The notes: a model not told the origin generated them from the sequence alone. A stretch of DNA of 64,000 nucleotides from a virus (IMGVR_UViG_2895427314_000002:27646-91645); one strand, 5' to 3'. Numbered from the stretch's first letter, positions 27,193 through 36,983 are shown. Made by a program: numbers and translations.

Positions 27193-27524
27193 GCAACACG
27201 GCCTACACCCCCGACGACGAGACACTCATCGCCTCCGAGCTGGACTCGGCCACCGCAGACGGGCGGCTAATCAGCGACGCAGGAGCCCGAGTCATTGCCG
27301 CCCAATTCGCCGTGGGTGGTGACGCGTTCGCCTGTCTGGCCAGCACCGGCACTATCTTGCTGGAGGAGATCCGTTCCGAGATCCCCAGTCTTCTGGAGGG
27401 TTACGACTCCGACAGCCTGTTCATCAGGGCGTTGACCGCGCTGGACCACTACGTCAGCCATCATGGTGTGCGGGGTACGGTCCCGGGCTGGAGCGACCTG
27501 TGGCTGCGTGGTGATGCCCGATGA
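27189..27524 (+). CDS. hypothetical protein
   Basis: Coupled ORF. Confidence 0.7.
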   Translation: MSNTAYTPDDETLIASELDSATADGRLISDAGARVIAAQFAVGGDAFACLASTGTILLEEIRSEIPSLLEGYDSDSLFIRALTALDHYVSHHGVRGTVPGWSDLWLRGDAR

Positions 27525-27739
27525 GCGACACCGTGAAGTTCCGTGTCTGGTCCGAGATCCGGGACATCAGGAACAGCTACGACGAAGAGATCACCGACTC
27601 GGAGATCTCGGTCGCGGACTGGGCCGCCATGACGCAGGCCGAGCGTGATGAGCTCGGCGAGCGGATCTATCAGGAGTACGTCGAGAACCGTGTCGGGGGC
27701 GCGGCCCAGCCGGTCGAGCCTACGGGCGGTGGTGCGTGA
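27521..27739 (+). CDS. small acidic hypothetical protein
   Basis: Coupled ORF. Confidence 0.7.
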   Translation: MSDTVKFRVWSEIRDIRNSYDEEITDSEISVADWAAMTQAERDELGERIYQEYVENRVGGAAQPVEPTGGGA

Positions 27740-28026
27740 TGGCGCTTACCGAGACGGAGCGGCTGGAGCGGATCGCGCGGTTGGTCCCGCCGTGCCCTCC
27801 GCCGAACGTGCACGAGGGCTACGATCTCTGCCCGCTCCACGGTGTGCCGTGGCCATGCCCCGATACGCAGGTGAACTGGCTCGCCCGTGGCCTTGACTTG
27901 GTCGAGGCCCAGCGGAAGCACATCGACGCCCTGCCGAAGTCTGCCGATCTCTTCCTCACCGCAGCGGACATGGAGTACGACCCCGCCGAGGATGACTCGG
28001 TAGGGTCGGTCGGGGGTGGCATGTGA
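27736..28026 (+). CDS. hypothetical protein
   Basis: CPLHGVPWPC motif; coupled. Confidence 0.65.
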   Translation: MMALTETERLERIARLVPPCPPPNVHEGYDLCPLHGVPWPCPDTQVNWLARGLDLVEAQRKHIDALPKSADLFLTAADMEYDPAEDDSVGSVGGGM

Positions 28027-28220
28027 CGGCACAGCGGGAAGCGGAGTGCTCGTGCGGGCGCACTGTGCGGGTGCATGTTCCTCGTCACGGCGACGGCAGC
28101 GAATTGCACACGTACTGGCACAAGGACGGTCGCGACCCCAGTCGATGGTGCCGTTCTTCTGTCGATGTGCTCGACACCCGTGTCGTTGCGGTGCTCACCG
28201 AAGCGCGAGGTGAAGCATGA
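28023..28220 (+). CDS. small Zn-binding hypothetical protein
   Basis: CSCGR...H...C. Confidence 0.65.
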   Translation: MTAQREAECSCGRTVRVHVPRHGDGSELHTYWHKDGRDPSRWCRSSVDVLDTRVVAVLTEARGEA

Positions 28221-28468
28221 GCGAAGGCCGGATGCGGTGGGTGAGCGACGGCTGCGTGGTCGTCTCCGCCTACACGCTGGGGTGGCCTTGCGCGAGCGGC
28301 ATCGTGGAGGACTACGGGCTCAACCCGGACGATTTCCCCGAGATGATGACGGACATGGAGCAGAGCGTAGGCGAGGCCGTCATCGACACCATCCTCCAGG
28401 TCCTCGATGAGAACGCCGCTGACCCGAGGATCGCCGTGGTGCTCGCCCAAGCGCGGGGCCAGGCATGA
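28217..28468 (+). CDS. hypothetical protein
   Basis: Coupled ORF. Confidence 0.65.
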   Translation: MSEGRMRWVSDGCVVVSAYTLGWPCASGIVEDYGLNPDDFPEMMTDMEQSVGEAVIDTILQVLDENAADPRIAVVLAQARGQA

Positions 28469-28713
28469 CCCCGCGTCTCACTCCGCGCCGGCTGGAGTTC
28501 CTGGGCCTCCTTGGCGAGCAGGGCAGTGTCGTGCTGTACGCTTCGTTCGAGGACATCCCGGAGTACGGTCTTGCCCAGGCCGACGTGGATGCTCTGGTCA
28601 CGCTGGGGTTGATCAGTGTGGGGGAGCCGAGCGGTCATCGCGGTACGGCTTGTAAGGCGGTGCTCACCGACGCGGGCCGGGCCGAGCTGGAACGGCGCGG
28701 GGCCGCGTCGTGA
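28465..28713 (+). CDS. winged-helix-like small protein
   Basis: LVTLGLI...LTDAGRAEL. Confidence 0.65.
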   Translation: MTPRLTPRRLEFLGLLGEQGSVVLYASFEDIPEYGLAQADVDALVTLGLISVGEPSGHRGTACKAVLTDAGRAELERRGAAS

Positions 28714-28967
28714 ACCGCCTTCGAGCCGAGGTGCGCGCGTTTGCCCAGGGCGTCGTGGAGCTGCTGCATACGTTCGATGTGGTCTCGGTCGCTGGGCCGC
28801 CGTGGCGGTGGCGCGTGATCGACACCGGATCAGCCAAGCGGATCGCTGCGGTTCACGCGGGTCGGCGGAAGATAGGGCCCGAGGTGCCTACGCCCCGTAC
28901 GGTCTTCGATGATCTGATCGAGGTTCTTAAAGATCGGCGGCGGGCTCGGATGCGGGGCCGCCGGTAA
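28710..28967 (+). CDS. hypothetical protein
   Basis: Coupled ORF. Confidence 0.55.
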   Translation: MNRLRAEVRAFAQGVVELLHTFDVVSVAGPPWRWRVIDTGSAKRIAAVHAGRRKIGPEVPTPRTVFDDLIEVLKDRRRARMRGRR

Positions 28968-29347
28968 TGGATCGCCGTTGGTGGGTGGTCACCGCCGCCT
29001 GCATCGAGGAGGGCGGGATCGTGGTCGAGGCCCCGTCCGCCCGCCAGGCGGTCGCCCAGGTGAAGCGGAGCCTCGAAGAGGCCGATCATGAGAACGGCAA
29101 CACGTGGCGGTCGGCCCATGCCTGGGTCCGAGATCAGGCAGTCCAGTTCAGCCACGGTCCGCTCGACGACCGTGAGGCCTTCGAGTACGAGCTTGGCTGG
29201 ACGCTGGCGTCCGCGTTCGCTCGGGTGCTGCTTACGCAATGGCGGGGCGAGCCGGTGAACCCGATCTCGCGTCAGGAGGCGTTGCGGATAGTGACAGAGG
29301 AGCAGGTCGCGGGCATCGAACGGCGGCTGGCGGCCAAGTTTGGGTGA
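28967..29347 (+). CDS. hypothetical protein
   Basis: TAATG coupling. Confidence 0.65.
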   Translation: MDRRWWVVTAACIEEGGIVVEAPSARQAVAQVKRSLEEADHENGNTWRSAHAWVRDQAVQFSHGPLDDREAFEYELGWTLASAFARVLLTQWRGEPVNPISRQEALRIVTEEQVAGIERRLAAKFG

Positions 29348-29386
29348 CCGTTGAGTCGTGATCACCGCACGAAAGGATCTTCGCGT

Positions 29387-29404
29387 GCTGGCGGTTCCGC
29401 AAAC
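29387..29404. promoter_or_regulatory. 18-bp palindrome copy GCTGGCGGTTCCGCAAAC
   Basis: Two mismatches; intergenic. Confidence 0.6.
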
Positions 29405-29534
29405 GGCCAGGCATGCGCGGAATGCTCATTATGGAGGCCGCTCGCGGCCTGACTGACCTGGTCTGATGGCCAGCGTCGCTCGCGAGGTGAGGCGCTGAGA
29501 TTCGCTCTCAGCGCCTCCCTGGCTCACGACAAGA

Positions 29535-29735
29535 TCACACTACGTTCGGATGCCGGGGATACTTGACGTACGGGGGCCGGACGGACGAAATCTCGACCAT
29601 CGGGCCGGTCATGCCGGACCTGACCGTGCCATCGCCATATGGATCCGGCATGGGCCGGGCGTCCTGGGCGAGCGCGGACGTTGCGGTGATCAGTAGCGCT
29701 CCACCAGTCAGCAGCGTGACGAGCAGTTTCTTCAT
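29535..29735 (-). CDS. small secreted peptide
   Basis: MKKLLVTLL...ALA signal peptide plus 43-aa mature part. Confidence 0.7.
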   Translation of the reverse strand: MKKLLVTLLTGGALLITATSALAQDARPMPDPYGDGTVRSGMTGPMVEISSVRPPYVKYPRHPNVV

Positions 29736-29889
29736 GCAGTCCCCCGGTGCGTGAGGAGTTCGCCTTCGATAGTGCGGTGGTCTGCCCTGATTCGTGTGCG
29801 AACGCTGAACGGATCACCGCTGGTATTGGCTCCTGCTGGATCCGGCGGGCCACTATCGCGCCATCACATTGATCGATCTGGAGGCACTG

Positions 29890-30504
29890 GTGCGTCGTAT
29901 CGAGTACATGCCCCTCCCCGAGATCGTGCGGGCCGTCCGGAATCCCAAGGAGCACGATCTCGGCTCCATCAGGAAGTCGATCGAGAAGTTTGGCTGCACG
30001 GTCGCGGGCGAGCTGGACGAGCGGACCGGCCGCCTCGTCGCCGGGCACGGGCGGCTGCTCGTGCTGGAGGCGATGGCCGGCGAGGGCAAGTCGCCGCCCG
30101 AGGGCGTCAAGGTCGGCGACGACGGCGTGTGGCTGGCGCCCATCGTGCGCGGCTGGTCCTCCCGTTCCGACGCGGATGCGGAAGCGTACCTCGTGGCCAA
30201 CAACTCGACGTCCGAGCGCGGCGGGTGGGACCGCGGCGCTCTGGCCGACATGCTGGCCGACATCTTCCAGGCCGACGAGGAGCTGCTGGCCGCGACCGGC
30301 TACAACCCCACCGACATCGAGGACCTGGTGCCCGCCGACCTCGGGGACGCGCCGCCCGCGCCGGTGCCAACGCCGGGGCCGGCCGAGCGCGTCGAGCCGC
30401 CGGACGTGTGGGGCGTCATCATCACCTGCAACAGCGAGGAGGAGCAGGTCGAACTTCTGGAGCGGCTGGCCGCCGAAGGCCGCTCTGTCCGAGCCCTCAT
30501 GTAG
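29890..30504 (+). CDS. ParB/Srx-like N-terminal domain protein
   Basis: RNPK.HD...SIEKFG...LVAGHGRL...YLVANN...GGWD; GGAGG RBS. Confidence 0.85.
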   Translation: MRRIEYMPLPEIVRAVRNPKEHDLGSIRKSIEKFGCTVAGELDERTGRLVAGHGRLLVLEAMAGEGKSPPEGVKVGDDGVWLAPIVRGWSSRSDADAEAYLVANNSTSERGGWDRGALADMLADIFQADEELLAATGYNPTDIEDLVPADLGDAPPAPVPTPGPAERVEPPDVWGVIITCNSEEEQVELLERLAAEGRSVRALM

Positions 30505-31774
30505 GCCCATCACCTGCCCGTCCAGTGCGCAGCGTAGGCTCCGCGCCTGACTGCTCCTTCGCTGTACTCGTGGCGGGCAGATCGCCAAGTCTCAGTAGGG
30601 CGCCAGCAGGCCCGCTCACCAGTCGCCAGCCCGGTGGCCACGTATGCATCCCCTCAACCTGCGTCACGCGGGCCCCGCCCAGATCGACGCATGCACCCTG
30701 CGTGTTCTCGAACGAGACATCGCTGGCGAAGGTTGCGGCGCCGAACCAAGCTCTGCCCGTGAAGCTCGCTCCGTCGAAGCGCGCATCGCCGGCGAAGGTT
30801 GCGGCATCGAACCAAGCTCTGCCCGTGAACTTCGCTCCGTCGAACCAGACATGATGGGTGAACATTGTCCCGTTGAACAACGCGTTGCTGGCGAACGTCG
30901 CCCCAGTGAACCAGGCGTCGCCGGTGAATCTGGCCTGTTCGAACCAGGCGCGTCCGGTGAAGGTAGCCGTGACGAACAAGGCGTCGCCGACAAAGGTAGC
31001 CCCATCGAGATCGATGTGATGAGCATGGCAGCCAATGAAGTCGAAGTCGAGCAAGGTGGCATCAGTCAGGTCGAGCCGGATTCCTGGCCAGAAGAGAGGG
31101 TTTACGGCGATAGAGCGTTTCCACCAGCGGCGTTTGCTCCAACGTAGGTGATCGGCCAGCAGGCGTTGGGCGGTCAGCCGAATTTGACGTTCTTCGTCAG
31201 TGCTTCGGCCAGTTCGTGTCGTGGTACGGCTTGTAAGCCCAGTGCGCGCGGTTCGCTGGGCGGTGCGGATCCTCTGCTGCTGGTCGGCCTCGCGCTGCGG
31301 TGTCCATGGCATCCGCAAGTAGGAGCAGATCACGTCCACAACCCTTTGCCGTAACTCGGGATTGTCTTGCGCGAGTTGTTCGAGGGCATACAGGCCGCCG
31401 AGTCGGATGGGAGCTTGGTCGCTGCCGAGTTGCTCCACCGCATTGCTGAACCGGTCTACGTCAAGCCCTCGTTCGCTGAGTCGGAAGGTTCGCCGGGCCG
31501 TGTCAGCATTGCGGGCGGTGTAGAACACGGCCAGCAGTGCGGCCAGGCCAGTGGCCATCGCCAGAACATTCCCTCGTACGGCAGAGACGGCGGCGGCCCA
31601 GTCTTTACCGGTCAGCTCGTTTGGTGGCAAGGATGCTGGTGGCCGAACGTCATCGTTGAGAGTGATCCCGTCAACGTTTCGCAGCACCCATATGGCGCCC
31701 GGACCGAGCATCCATGTCAACGTCAGCACAGCAATGGGCGCCAGCATGACGACGATGATCGAGGAAGGTTTCAC
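30497..31774 (-). CDS. membrane-anchored pentapeptide-repeat protein (moron 1)
   Basis: 2 TM, RFSNAVEQLGS...RLGGLYALEQLAQD, then A(T/R)F.G.AWF repeats. Confidence 0.88.
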   Translation of the reverse strand: MKPSSIIVVMLAPIAVLTLTWMLGPGAIWVLRNVDGITLNDDVRPPASLPPNELTGKDWAAAVSAVRGNVLAMATGLAALLAVFYTARNADTARRTFRLSERGLDVDRFSNAVEQLGSDQAPIRLGGLYALEQLAQDNPELRQRVVDVICSYLRMPWTPQREADQQQRIRTAQRTARTGLTSRTTTRTGRSTDEERQIRLTAQRLLADHLRWSKRRWWKRSIAVNPLFWPGIRLDLTDATLLDFDFIGCHAHHIDLDGATFVGDALFVTATFTGRAWFEQARFTGDAWFTGATFASNALFNGTMFTHHVWFDGAKFTGRAWFDAATFAGDARFDGASFTGRAWFGAATFASDVSFENTQGACVDLGGARVTQVEGMHTWPPGWRLVSGPAGALLRLGDLPATSTAKEQSGAEPTLRTGRAGDGPT

Positions 31775-31885
31775 CGTCAGAAATACCGCTTCGTGCTTGC
31801 CGCGCCCATGAATCTGATGATGCCCCGACAGCCTGCCGTGCGGACGCTCAGTGATGGGATCGTAACTCGGAATGAGGAGGCGCTC

Positions 31886-32986
31886 GTGCGCGCGGACATC
31901 ACGCTCGCCACCCCCGTCCACCGCACCGCCCGCGTCCTCCAGTTGCAGGGCTTGTTCGACGTGCCGCTGGAGGAGAAGCTGACGAACTCCTGGCAGGTGA
32001 ACCTGCCCGTCGAGGACCGCCGGTGGAACGTCGGCCTGCTCGTCGGCCCGTCCGGGTCCGGGAAGTCCACCATCGCGAACGAGCTTTGGCCCGGCCGGCT
32101 CGTCCGGGATCACCCCTGGGGGGATCGGGCGCTCGTGGACGACTTCCCGCCGGGAATGGGCATCAAGGACATCGTCGGCCTGCTGACCGCCGTGGGACTC
32201 TCGAGCCCACCCGCGTGGCTCCGGCCGTACAAGACGCTGTCCAACGGGGAGGCGTTCCGCGCGTCCATGGCCCGCGCCCTCGCCGAGCACCAGGGCCTGC
32301 TCGTCGTGGACGAGTTCACCAGCGTGGTGGACCGGCAGGTCGCCAAGGTCGCGTCGCACGCGGTCGCGAAGTCCGTTCGCCGCGCCGGGCGGCAGCTCGT
32401 CGCGGTCACCTGCCACTACGACGTGACAGACTGGCTGCAACCGGACTGGATCTACGACCTGGCGGCGGGCTCGTTCGCGTGGAGGTCGGTTCAACCCCGG
32501 CCAGCCGTCCAGCTTGACATCCACGCGGCCGACCGGTCCTTGTGGAGCCTGTTTCGCCACCATCACTATCTGAGCAGCGACATCAGCAACGCCGCGCAAT
32601 GCTTCGCCGGGTGCATCGACGGCAAACCGGTAGCTTTCGCTGCCTACAGGCACTTCCAGCATCCGAAGGTGCGTGACATCAAACTCGGTCACCGCCTGGT
32701 GGTGCTGCCGGACTTCCAAGGACTGTCGATCGGCGGGCACCTGGAGGACTGGATCGGCCAGCACCTGCATGCGCAGGGGTTCCGGTACCGGAATGTGACG
32801 TCGCACCCGGCGTTGATCGCCTACATGGAGCGCAGCCCGCGGTGGCAGAGGCAGGGCCGCGCCACCAAGCTCCACACCAGCAGCAAGCGGCGGAACCAGC
32901 ACGCCAACACTCTGGACCCGCGCCGGCTCGGGCTCGTCTCATTCGAGTACGTTCCGCCCGCGCGGCCGAGCCGCCCGGTCAGGTGA
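31886..32986 (+). CDS. ABC-type ATPase fused to a GNAT (Mom-like) acyltransferase
   Basis: GPSGSGKST, LSNGE, VVDEFTSVVDR; then F.HHHYL and RLVVLPDFQGLSIG acetyl-CoA motif. Confidence 0.88.
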   Translation: MRADITLATPVHRTARVLQLQGLFDVPLEEKLTNSWQVNLPVEDRRWNVGLLVGPSGSGKSTIANELWPGRLVRDHPWGDRALVDDFPPGMGIKDIVGLLTAVGLSSPPAWLRPYKTLSNGEAFRASMARALAEHQGLLVVDEFTSVVDRQVAKVASHAVAKSVRRAGRQLVAVTCHYDVTDWLQPDWIYDLAAGSFAWRSVQPRPAVQLDIHAADRSLWSLFRHHHYLSSDISNAAQCFAGCIDGKPVAFAAYRHFQHPKVRDIKLGHRLVVLPDFQGLSIGGHLEDWIGQHLHAQGFRYRNVTSHPALIAYMERSPRWQRQGRATKLHTSSKRRNQHANTLDPRRLGLVSFEYVPPARPSRPVR

Positions 32987-33245
32987 GCTTGCTCCGCAGG
33001 CTGGCCAGTGCCTCGTCCGGGGTGTCGCCGACGCCGATCATGCCGCCGTGCTCCTTCCACCAGCCGTACGCAACCCGGTCGTCCGCGAAGGCGTCTTGAG
33101 GCACGTCCCACGGCTCCGTCAGGAACGCGGCAAAGGTGCCGCCCTCGTAGCTGCCGCTGTAGCGCGTCTTGACGATCGTCACCGGGTACAGCGGGTCGAT
33201 GCCTTCGGGGAAGACGCGGTTCAGGGGGCGGGGCAGGTCGGTCAC
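32979..33245 (-). CDS. hypothetical protein
   Basis: RYSGSYEGG...GDTPDEALASL. Confidence 0.7.
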   Translation of the reverse strand: MTDLPRPLNRVFPEGIDPLYPVTIVKTRYSGSYEGGTFAAFLTEPWDVPQDAFADDRVAYGWWKEHGGMIGVGDTPDEALASLRSKLT

Positions 33246-33389
33246 GCCGTCATTGTTCCAGCATCACAGCCGAAACGGGTCGGACATCGGTCGCCGCGTC
33301 CGTGTTCGTCATGCCGCCATGCTCGCATCCGCCGCCCCAGCGCGCTTCAGATTCCTCGTCCTCTGCCAACAACCTCGCAGAACGGAGAG

Positions 33390-34490
33390 ATGACCATGGC
33401 CGTCGAGCAGCCGACCGGCATGCGGCGAACGCTGGGGCTGGTGGTTGCCGCTGCCGCGCTCCTCGCCAGCGCGGTCGCGCAGCCGCCCGCAGCCGCAGCT
33501 TCCACGGACGGGGTAGCCGTCCACAAGGACATCGCCTACGCACCCGCGCAACCTGAGGGCAGCCGCGGTCACCTGCTCGACCTGTACGTGCCGACCCAGG
33601 CACACCGTGCGCTGAGACCGGTTCTGATCGTGACGGGCGGCAGCGCCTGGCGTAGGGACGATGGCAAAGAGTGGGCGGCCCAGATCGCGCCGCGGTTCAC
33701 CGCAGCGGGCTACGTGGTCGCTGGCGTCAGCGTCCGCTCCAGTGAGCAGGCGGTCTTCCCGGCCCAGGTGCATGATGCCAAGGCAGCGGTCAGGTGGCTC
33801 CGGGCGAACGCGGCCACATACCGGCTCGACCCGAACCGGTTCGCGATGATGGGGGACTCCTCCGGCGCTTGGGCGAGCGCCATGGTGGCGGTCACGGGCG
33901 ACGTACCTGCGCTGGAAGGAGCGGTGGGTGTCACCGGCGTGTCCAGCGCGGTGCAGGCAGCGGTGGATGTGTACTCGCCGACCGACTTCCTGACGATGAA
34001 CGCGCAGATGCTTCCGGGGGCCTGCCAGACGTTCAACGCGCAGATGGGAGTGACGGACTGCCATGATGACCCGGGCTCTCCCGAGTCGCAGCTCATCGGC
34101 TGCGCCATTCAGACCTGTCCGGCTCGCGCTCGCGCGGCCAACCCGATCACGTACGTCTCTCGCGGCGACCCGCCGATCCTCATCGTGCACGGCCAGGCGG
34201 ACACGCTCGTTCCTCACGGCCAGAGCTGGCTGCTGTACCGCGCGCTGGAGCGCGCCTGCGTGACCGCCACGTTCTACTCTGTGCCGGGCGTTGGCCACTC
34301 CACTGCCATCCTGCGGCCGGATGTCACCAAGCCCGCTGCGCATGCGACGTCGCGCTGCCGACCCCAGCCAGTGAAGCGGCTGGAGCGTCGGCCGACGCTC
34401 GACACCATCGGCGCGTTCATCGAACGCGCCTGGCACCGCACCCGATGCAGGCCGCCGTCGCCCAGCGCGGCAGCAGGAACGGAGAACTGA
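33390..34490 (+). CDS. secreted alpha/beta hydrolase (HSL-type esterase/lipase)
   Basis: Signal peptide; LDLY.P, GDSSG nucleophile, HGQADTLVP, GVGH. Confidence 0.9.
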   Translation: MTMAVEQPTGMRRTLGLVVAAAALLASAVAQPPAAAASTDGVAVHKDIAYAPAQPEGSRGHLLDLYVPTQAHRALRPVLIVTGGSAWRRDDGKEWAAQIAPRFTAAGYVVAGVSVRSSEQAVFPAQVHDAKAAVRWLRANAATYRLDPNRFAMMGDSSGAWASAMVAVTGDVPALEGAVGVTGVSSAVQAAVDVYSPTDFLTMNAQMLPGACQTFNAQMGVTDCHDDPGSPESQLIGCAIQTCPARARAANPITYVSRGDPPILIVHGQADTLVPHGQSWLLYRALERACVTATFYSVPGVGHSTAILRPDVTKPAAHATSRCRPQPVKRLERRPTLDTIGAFIERAWHRTRCRPPSPSAAAGTEN

Positions 34491-34492
34491 CC

Positions 34493-34822
34493 ATGGCTGT
34501 GCACATCCACCGATACGAGCCCCTCGACACCGTCGTGGAGGCGGTCGAGGTGAACGGGCTCGACCTGGACGACATCGTCGTCTGGATCAACGACACCTCC
34601 AAGCTGAAGGGCATCGTCGGGCAGACCGCGTTGCGCGGCCGGTCGGCGGAGTACATCGACCTGCAGACGCCCGAGGGGATGCTGCGCGCGGTCCTGGGCG
34701 ACTTCGTGGTGACGGACGGTGCGGGCTCGTTCTGGAAGGTGTCGCGGTCGGTGTTCCAGCGCAGCTACGCCCCCGTCGCGCCCGCCGGCGAGGAGAGCGG
34801 CGAGGACGAGGGCGGGGAGTAG
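34493..34822 (+). CDS. phage hypothetical protein
   Basis: VEAV...TPEG...A..GDFVV....G.FW......F..SY pattern. Confidence 0.75.
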   Translation: MAVHIHRYEPLDTVVEAVEVNGLDLDDIVVWINDTSKLKGIVGQTALRGRSAEYIDLQTPEGMLRAVLGDFVVTDGAGSFWKVSRSVFQRSYAPVAPAGEESGEDEGGE

Positions 34823-35079
34823 TGCGGATCCACGTGCTGCGGCTGCCGCTCTACGAGCTGGGCGGCGTGTCGGAGGAGCCGTTCGCGCTCATCGTGAACC
34901 AGGCCCCGCCCGAGGGGGACGGCTGGTCGATGCCCGCGCTGGCGGTGTTCGCCGAGCAGATCGACGCCCGCGGCGTGTGGGTGACCGCGCACACGGTGGA
35001 GATCGTGGACCAGTTCCCACCCGAGATCGTGGATCACGTGCCGATGGGCGGCCCGGCCGAGACCGTGGACGGCCCCTGA
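34822..35079 (+). CDS. hypothetical protein
   Basis: Coupled ORF. Confidence 0.65.
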   Translation: MRIHVLRLPLYELGGVSEEPFALIVNQAPPEGDGWSMPALAVFAEQIDARGVWVTAHTVEIVDQFPPEIVDHVPMGGPAETVDGP

Positions 35080-35081
35080 GC

Positions 35082-35099
35082 GTTGGCGGAACCGACAAC
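35082..35099. promoter_or_regulatory. 18-bp palindrome copy GTTGGCGGAACCGACAAC
   Basis: One mismatch; just upstream of the small terminase. Confidence 0.75.
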
Positions 35100-35125
35100 G
35101 AGCGTCCAGAAGGAGGCGTGCCCGG

Positions 35126-35632
35126 GTGGCCGACGACAAGCGGAAGCTCGAACTCGCCCAGCGCCGCAACCAGGCGCTCCAGATGCGGATCGCCGGCGTC
35201 TCGCCCACGCTGATCGCTGAGCGGCTGGGGTACAACAGCCCGCAGGCTGCGTCCGGGGACATCACTGCCGCGCTGAAGCGGGCCGCGAAGGTGGAGGGGC
35301 TCGCCGCCGAGCATCTGCTGCATCTGGAGTTGTCCCGGCTGGATAGGATGCTGGCCGCGCTGTGGCCGAAGGTGCTCAAGGGCGAGGTACAGGCGGCGGA
35401 AGTCTGCCACAAAATCATTAAGACCCGGGCGTCGCTGACCGGCGTGTCCGAGCTGAACCGCCACGGTGCCCCGGACAACGACATGGCGTCGCTGCTCGGC
35501 GCGATGCTGGCCCAGCTCCAGCAGCGTTACCAGGTGCCCGACCCGGACCTTGACGCCATCGCCTCGGCCGACGTGCAGGCCGACGTTGTCACGGGCGAAG
35601 TGCTGTGGGACGACGCCGGCGGCGAGGCATGA
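35126..35632 (+). CDS. terS: terminase small subunit
   Basis: N-terminal HTH (IAERLGY), ELSRLD, directly upstream of terL. Confidence 0.8.
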   Translation: MADDKRKLELAQRRNQALQMRIAGVSPTLIAERLGYNSPQAASGDITAALKRAAKVEGLAAEHLLHLELSRLDRMLAALWPKVLKGEVQAAEVCHKIIKTRASLTGVSELNRHGAPDNDMASLLGAMLAQLQQRYQVPDPDLDAIASADVQADVVTGEVLWDDAGGEA

Positions 35633-36921
35633 CCGAGGCGCTCGGGCTGGCGGTGCGGCTGTCGCCCAAGCAGGAACGGTCGATCGCCGAATCGACGGCA
35701 CGCCTGAACATCTGGCAGGGGGCTATCCGAAGCGGGAAGACGATCGCTTCGCTGCTGCGCTGGCTGGCGTTCGTCGCGAACGCGCCGCGCGGCGGATCCC
35801 TTATCGTCGTCGGCAAGACCGCCGACACGATCAGCCGGAATATCTTCGACCCGCTCATGGACGCAGCGATCACAGGGCCGCTCGCGGCGCGGATCTCCTA
35901 CACCAGGGGTGCCCCCACGGCGACGATCCTGGGCCGCAAGGTGGAGATCATCTCATGCGCGGACGCCCGCGCCGAGACCCGGCTGCGCGGCATGACCGGC
36001 GTCGGCGCGTACGTGGATGAGATCACGCTGATTGAGCGGCCGTTCTGGGACATGCTCCTGTCGAGGTTGAGCGTGCCGGGCGCGAAACTCTTCGGGAGCA
36101 CGAACCCCGACAGCCCTTCCCACTGGCTGAAGCGCGACTTCCTCGACCGGGCCGGCGAGCTCGACCTGCGGTCGTGGCACTTCAGGTTGGACGACAACCA
36201 CGCCCTGGACGCCGCGTACGTGGCCGCGCTCAAGAAGGAGTACACCGGGCTCTGGTACAAGAGATTCGTCCTCGGGGCGTGGGTGATGGCCGAGGGCGCG
36301 ATCTTCGACATGTGGGACGAAGACCGCCACATGGTCACCAGCCTGCCACTGATGGAGAAGTGGCTCGCGCTCGGCATCGACTACGGCACCGCTAATCCGT
36401 TCGACGCCGTGCTCGTCGGCGTGTCCGTCCCCGACGCCCACGGCCAGCGGCGCATCTACGTCACCAACGAGTGGCGGTGGGACTCCCGCCAGCAGCGCCG
36501 CCAGCTCACCGACGCCGAGTACAGCGTGCGGCTGGCCGACTGGCTCGACGCCATCCCCGACACCTACGGCCCCGGCACGCGCGGGGTCCGACCGGCGTGG
36601 CTGATCGTGGACCCCAGCGCGGCCTCGTTCGTGACCCAGCTCCACCACGACGGGTTCCGCCCCCAGCAGGGCGACAACTCCGTCCTGGACGGGATCAGGA
36701 CCGTGTCCAACCTGATGGCTGCCGACCACCTCCGCGTCCACGCCTCCTGCCGCGACCTGCTGGACGAGATCGTCGGCTACGCCTGGGACGACAAGAAGGC
36801 CGCCGCGGGCGAGGACGCCCCCGTCAAGGAGCACGACCACTCCGTGGACGCCCTCCGGTACGCCCTCCACACCACGCAGGCGGTGTGGATGCGGCTGCTC
36901 GAACCCGTGCCTGCCTATTAG
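35629..36921 (+). CDS. terL: terminase large subunit (PBSX-like)
   Basis: GAIRSGKT, YVDE, STNPD, GIDYG, DHSVDALRY. Confidence 0.96.
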   Translation: MTEALGLAVRLSPKQERSIAESTARLNIWQGAIRSGKTIASLLRWLAFVANAPRGGSLIVVGKTADTISRNIFDPLMDAAITGPLAARISYTRGAPTATILGRKVEIISCADARAETRLRGMTGVGAYVDEITLIERPFWDMLLSRLSVPGAKLFGSTNPDSPSHWLKRDFLDRAGELDLRSWHFRLDDNHALDAAYVAALKKEYTGLWYKRFVLGAWVMAEGAIFDMWDEDRHMVTSLPLMEKWLALGIDYGTANPFDAVLVGVSVPDAHGQRRIYVTNEWRWDSRQQRRQLTDAEYSVRLADWLDAIPDTYGPGTRGVRPAWLIVDPSAASFVTQLHHDGFRPQQGDNSVLDGIRTVSNLMAADHLRVHASCRDLLDEIVGYAWDDKKAAAGEDAPVKEHDHSVDALRYALHTTQAVWMRLLEPVPAY

Positions 36922-36983
36922 ACGCGCGCCGCCCAGGGGAGTTCCGGTTGTGGCGGTCGGACCCTCCCCTGCGGCGGCGCGTC
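36921..36983. promoter_or_regulatory. long GC hairpin after terL
   Basis: GACGCGCGCCGCCCAGGGGAG ... CTCCCCTGCGGCGGCGCGTC. Confidence 0.55.

Noticed and set aside
29890-30504. Partition ParB that binds the dispersed palindromes
   Set aside because: No HTH domain and no adjacent parA; it resembles modification-associated ParB-like domains
31775-32902. N-terminal extension making an 801-aa pentapeptide protein
   Set aside because: It is the antisense shadow of the ATPase-GNAT gene; the real start is near 31774 or 31747
31886-32986. ABC transporter
   Set aside because: No permease or substrate-binding gene; the ATPase is fused to a GNAT
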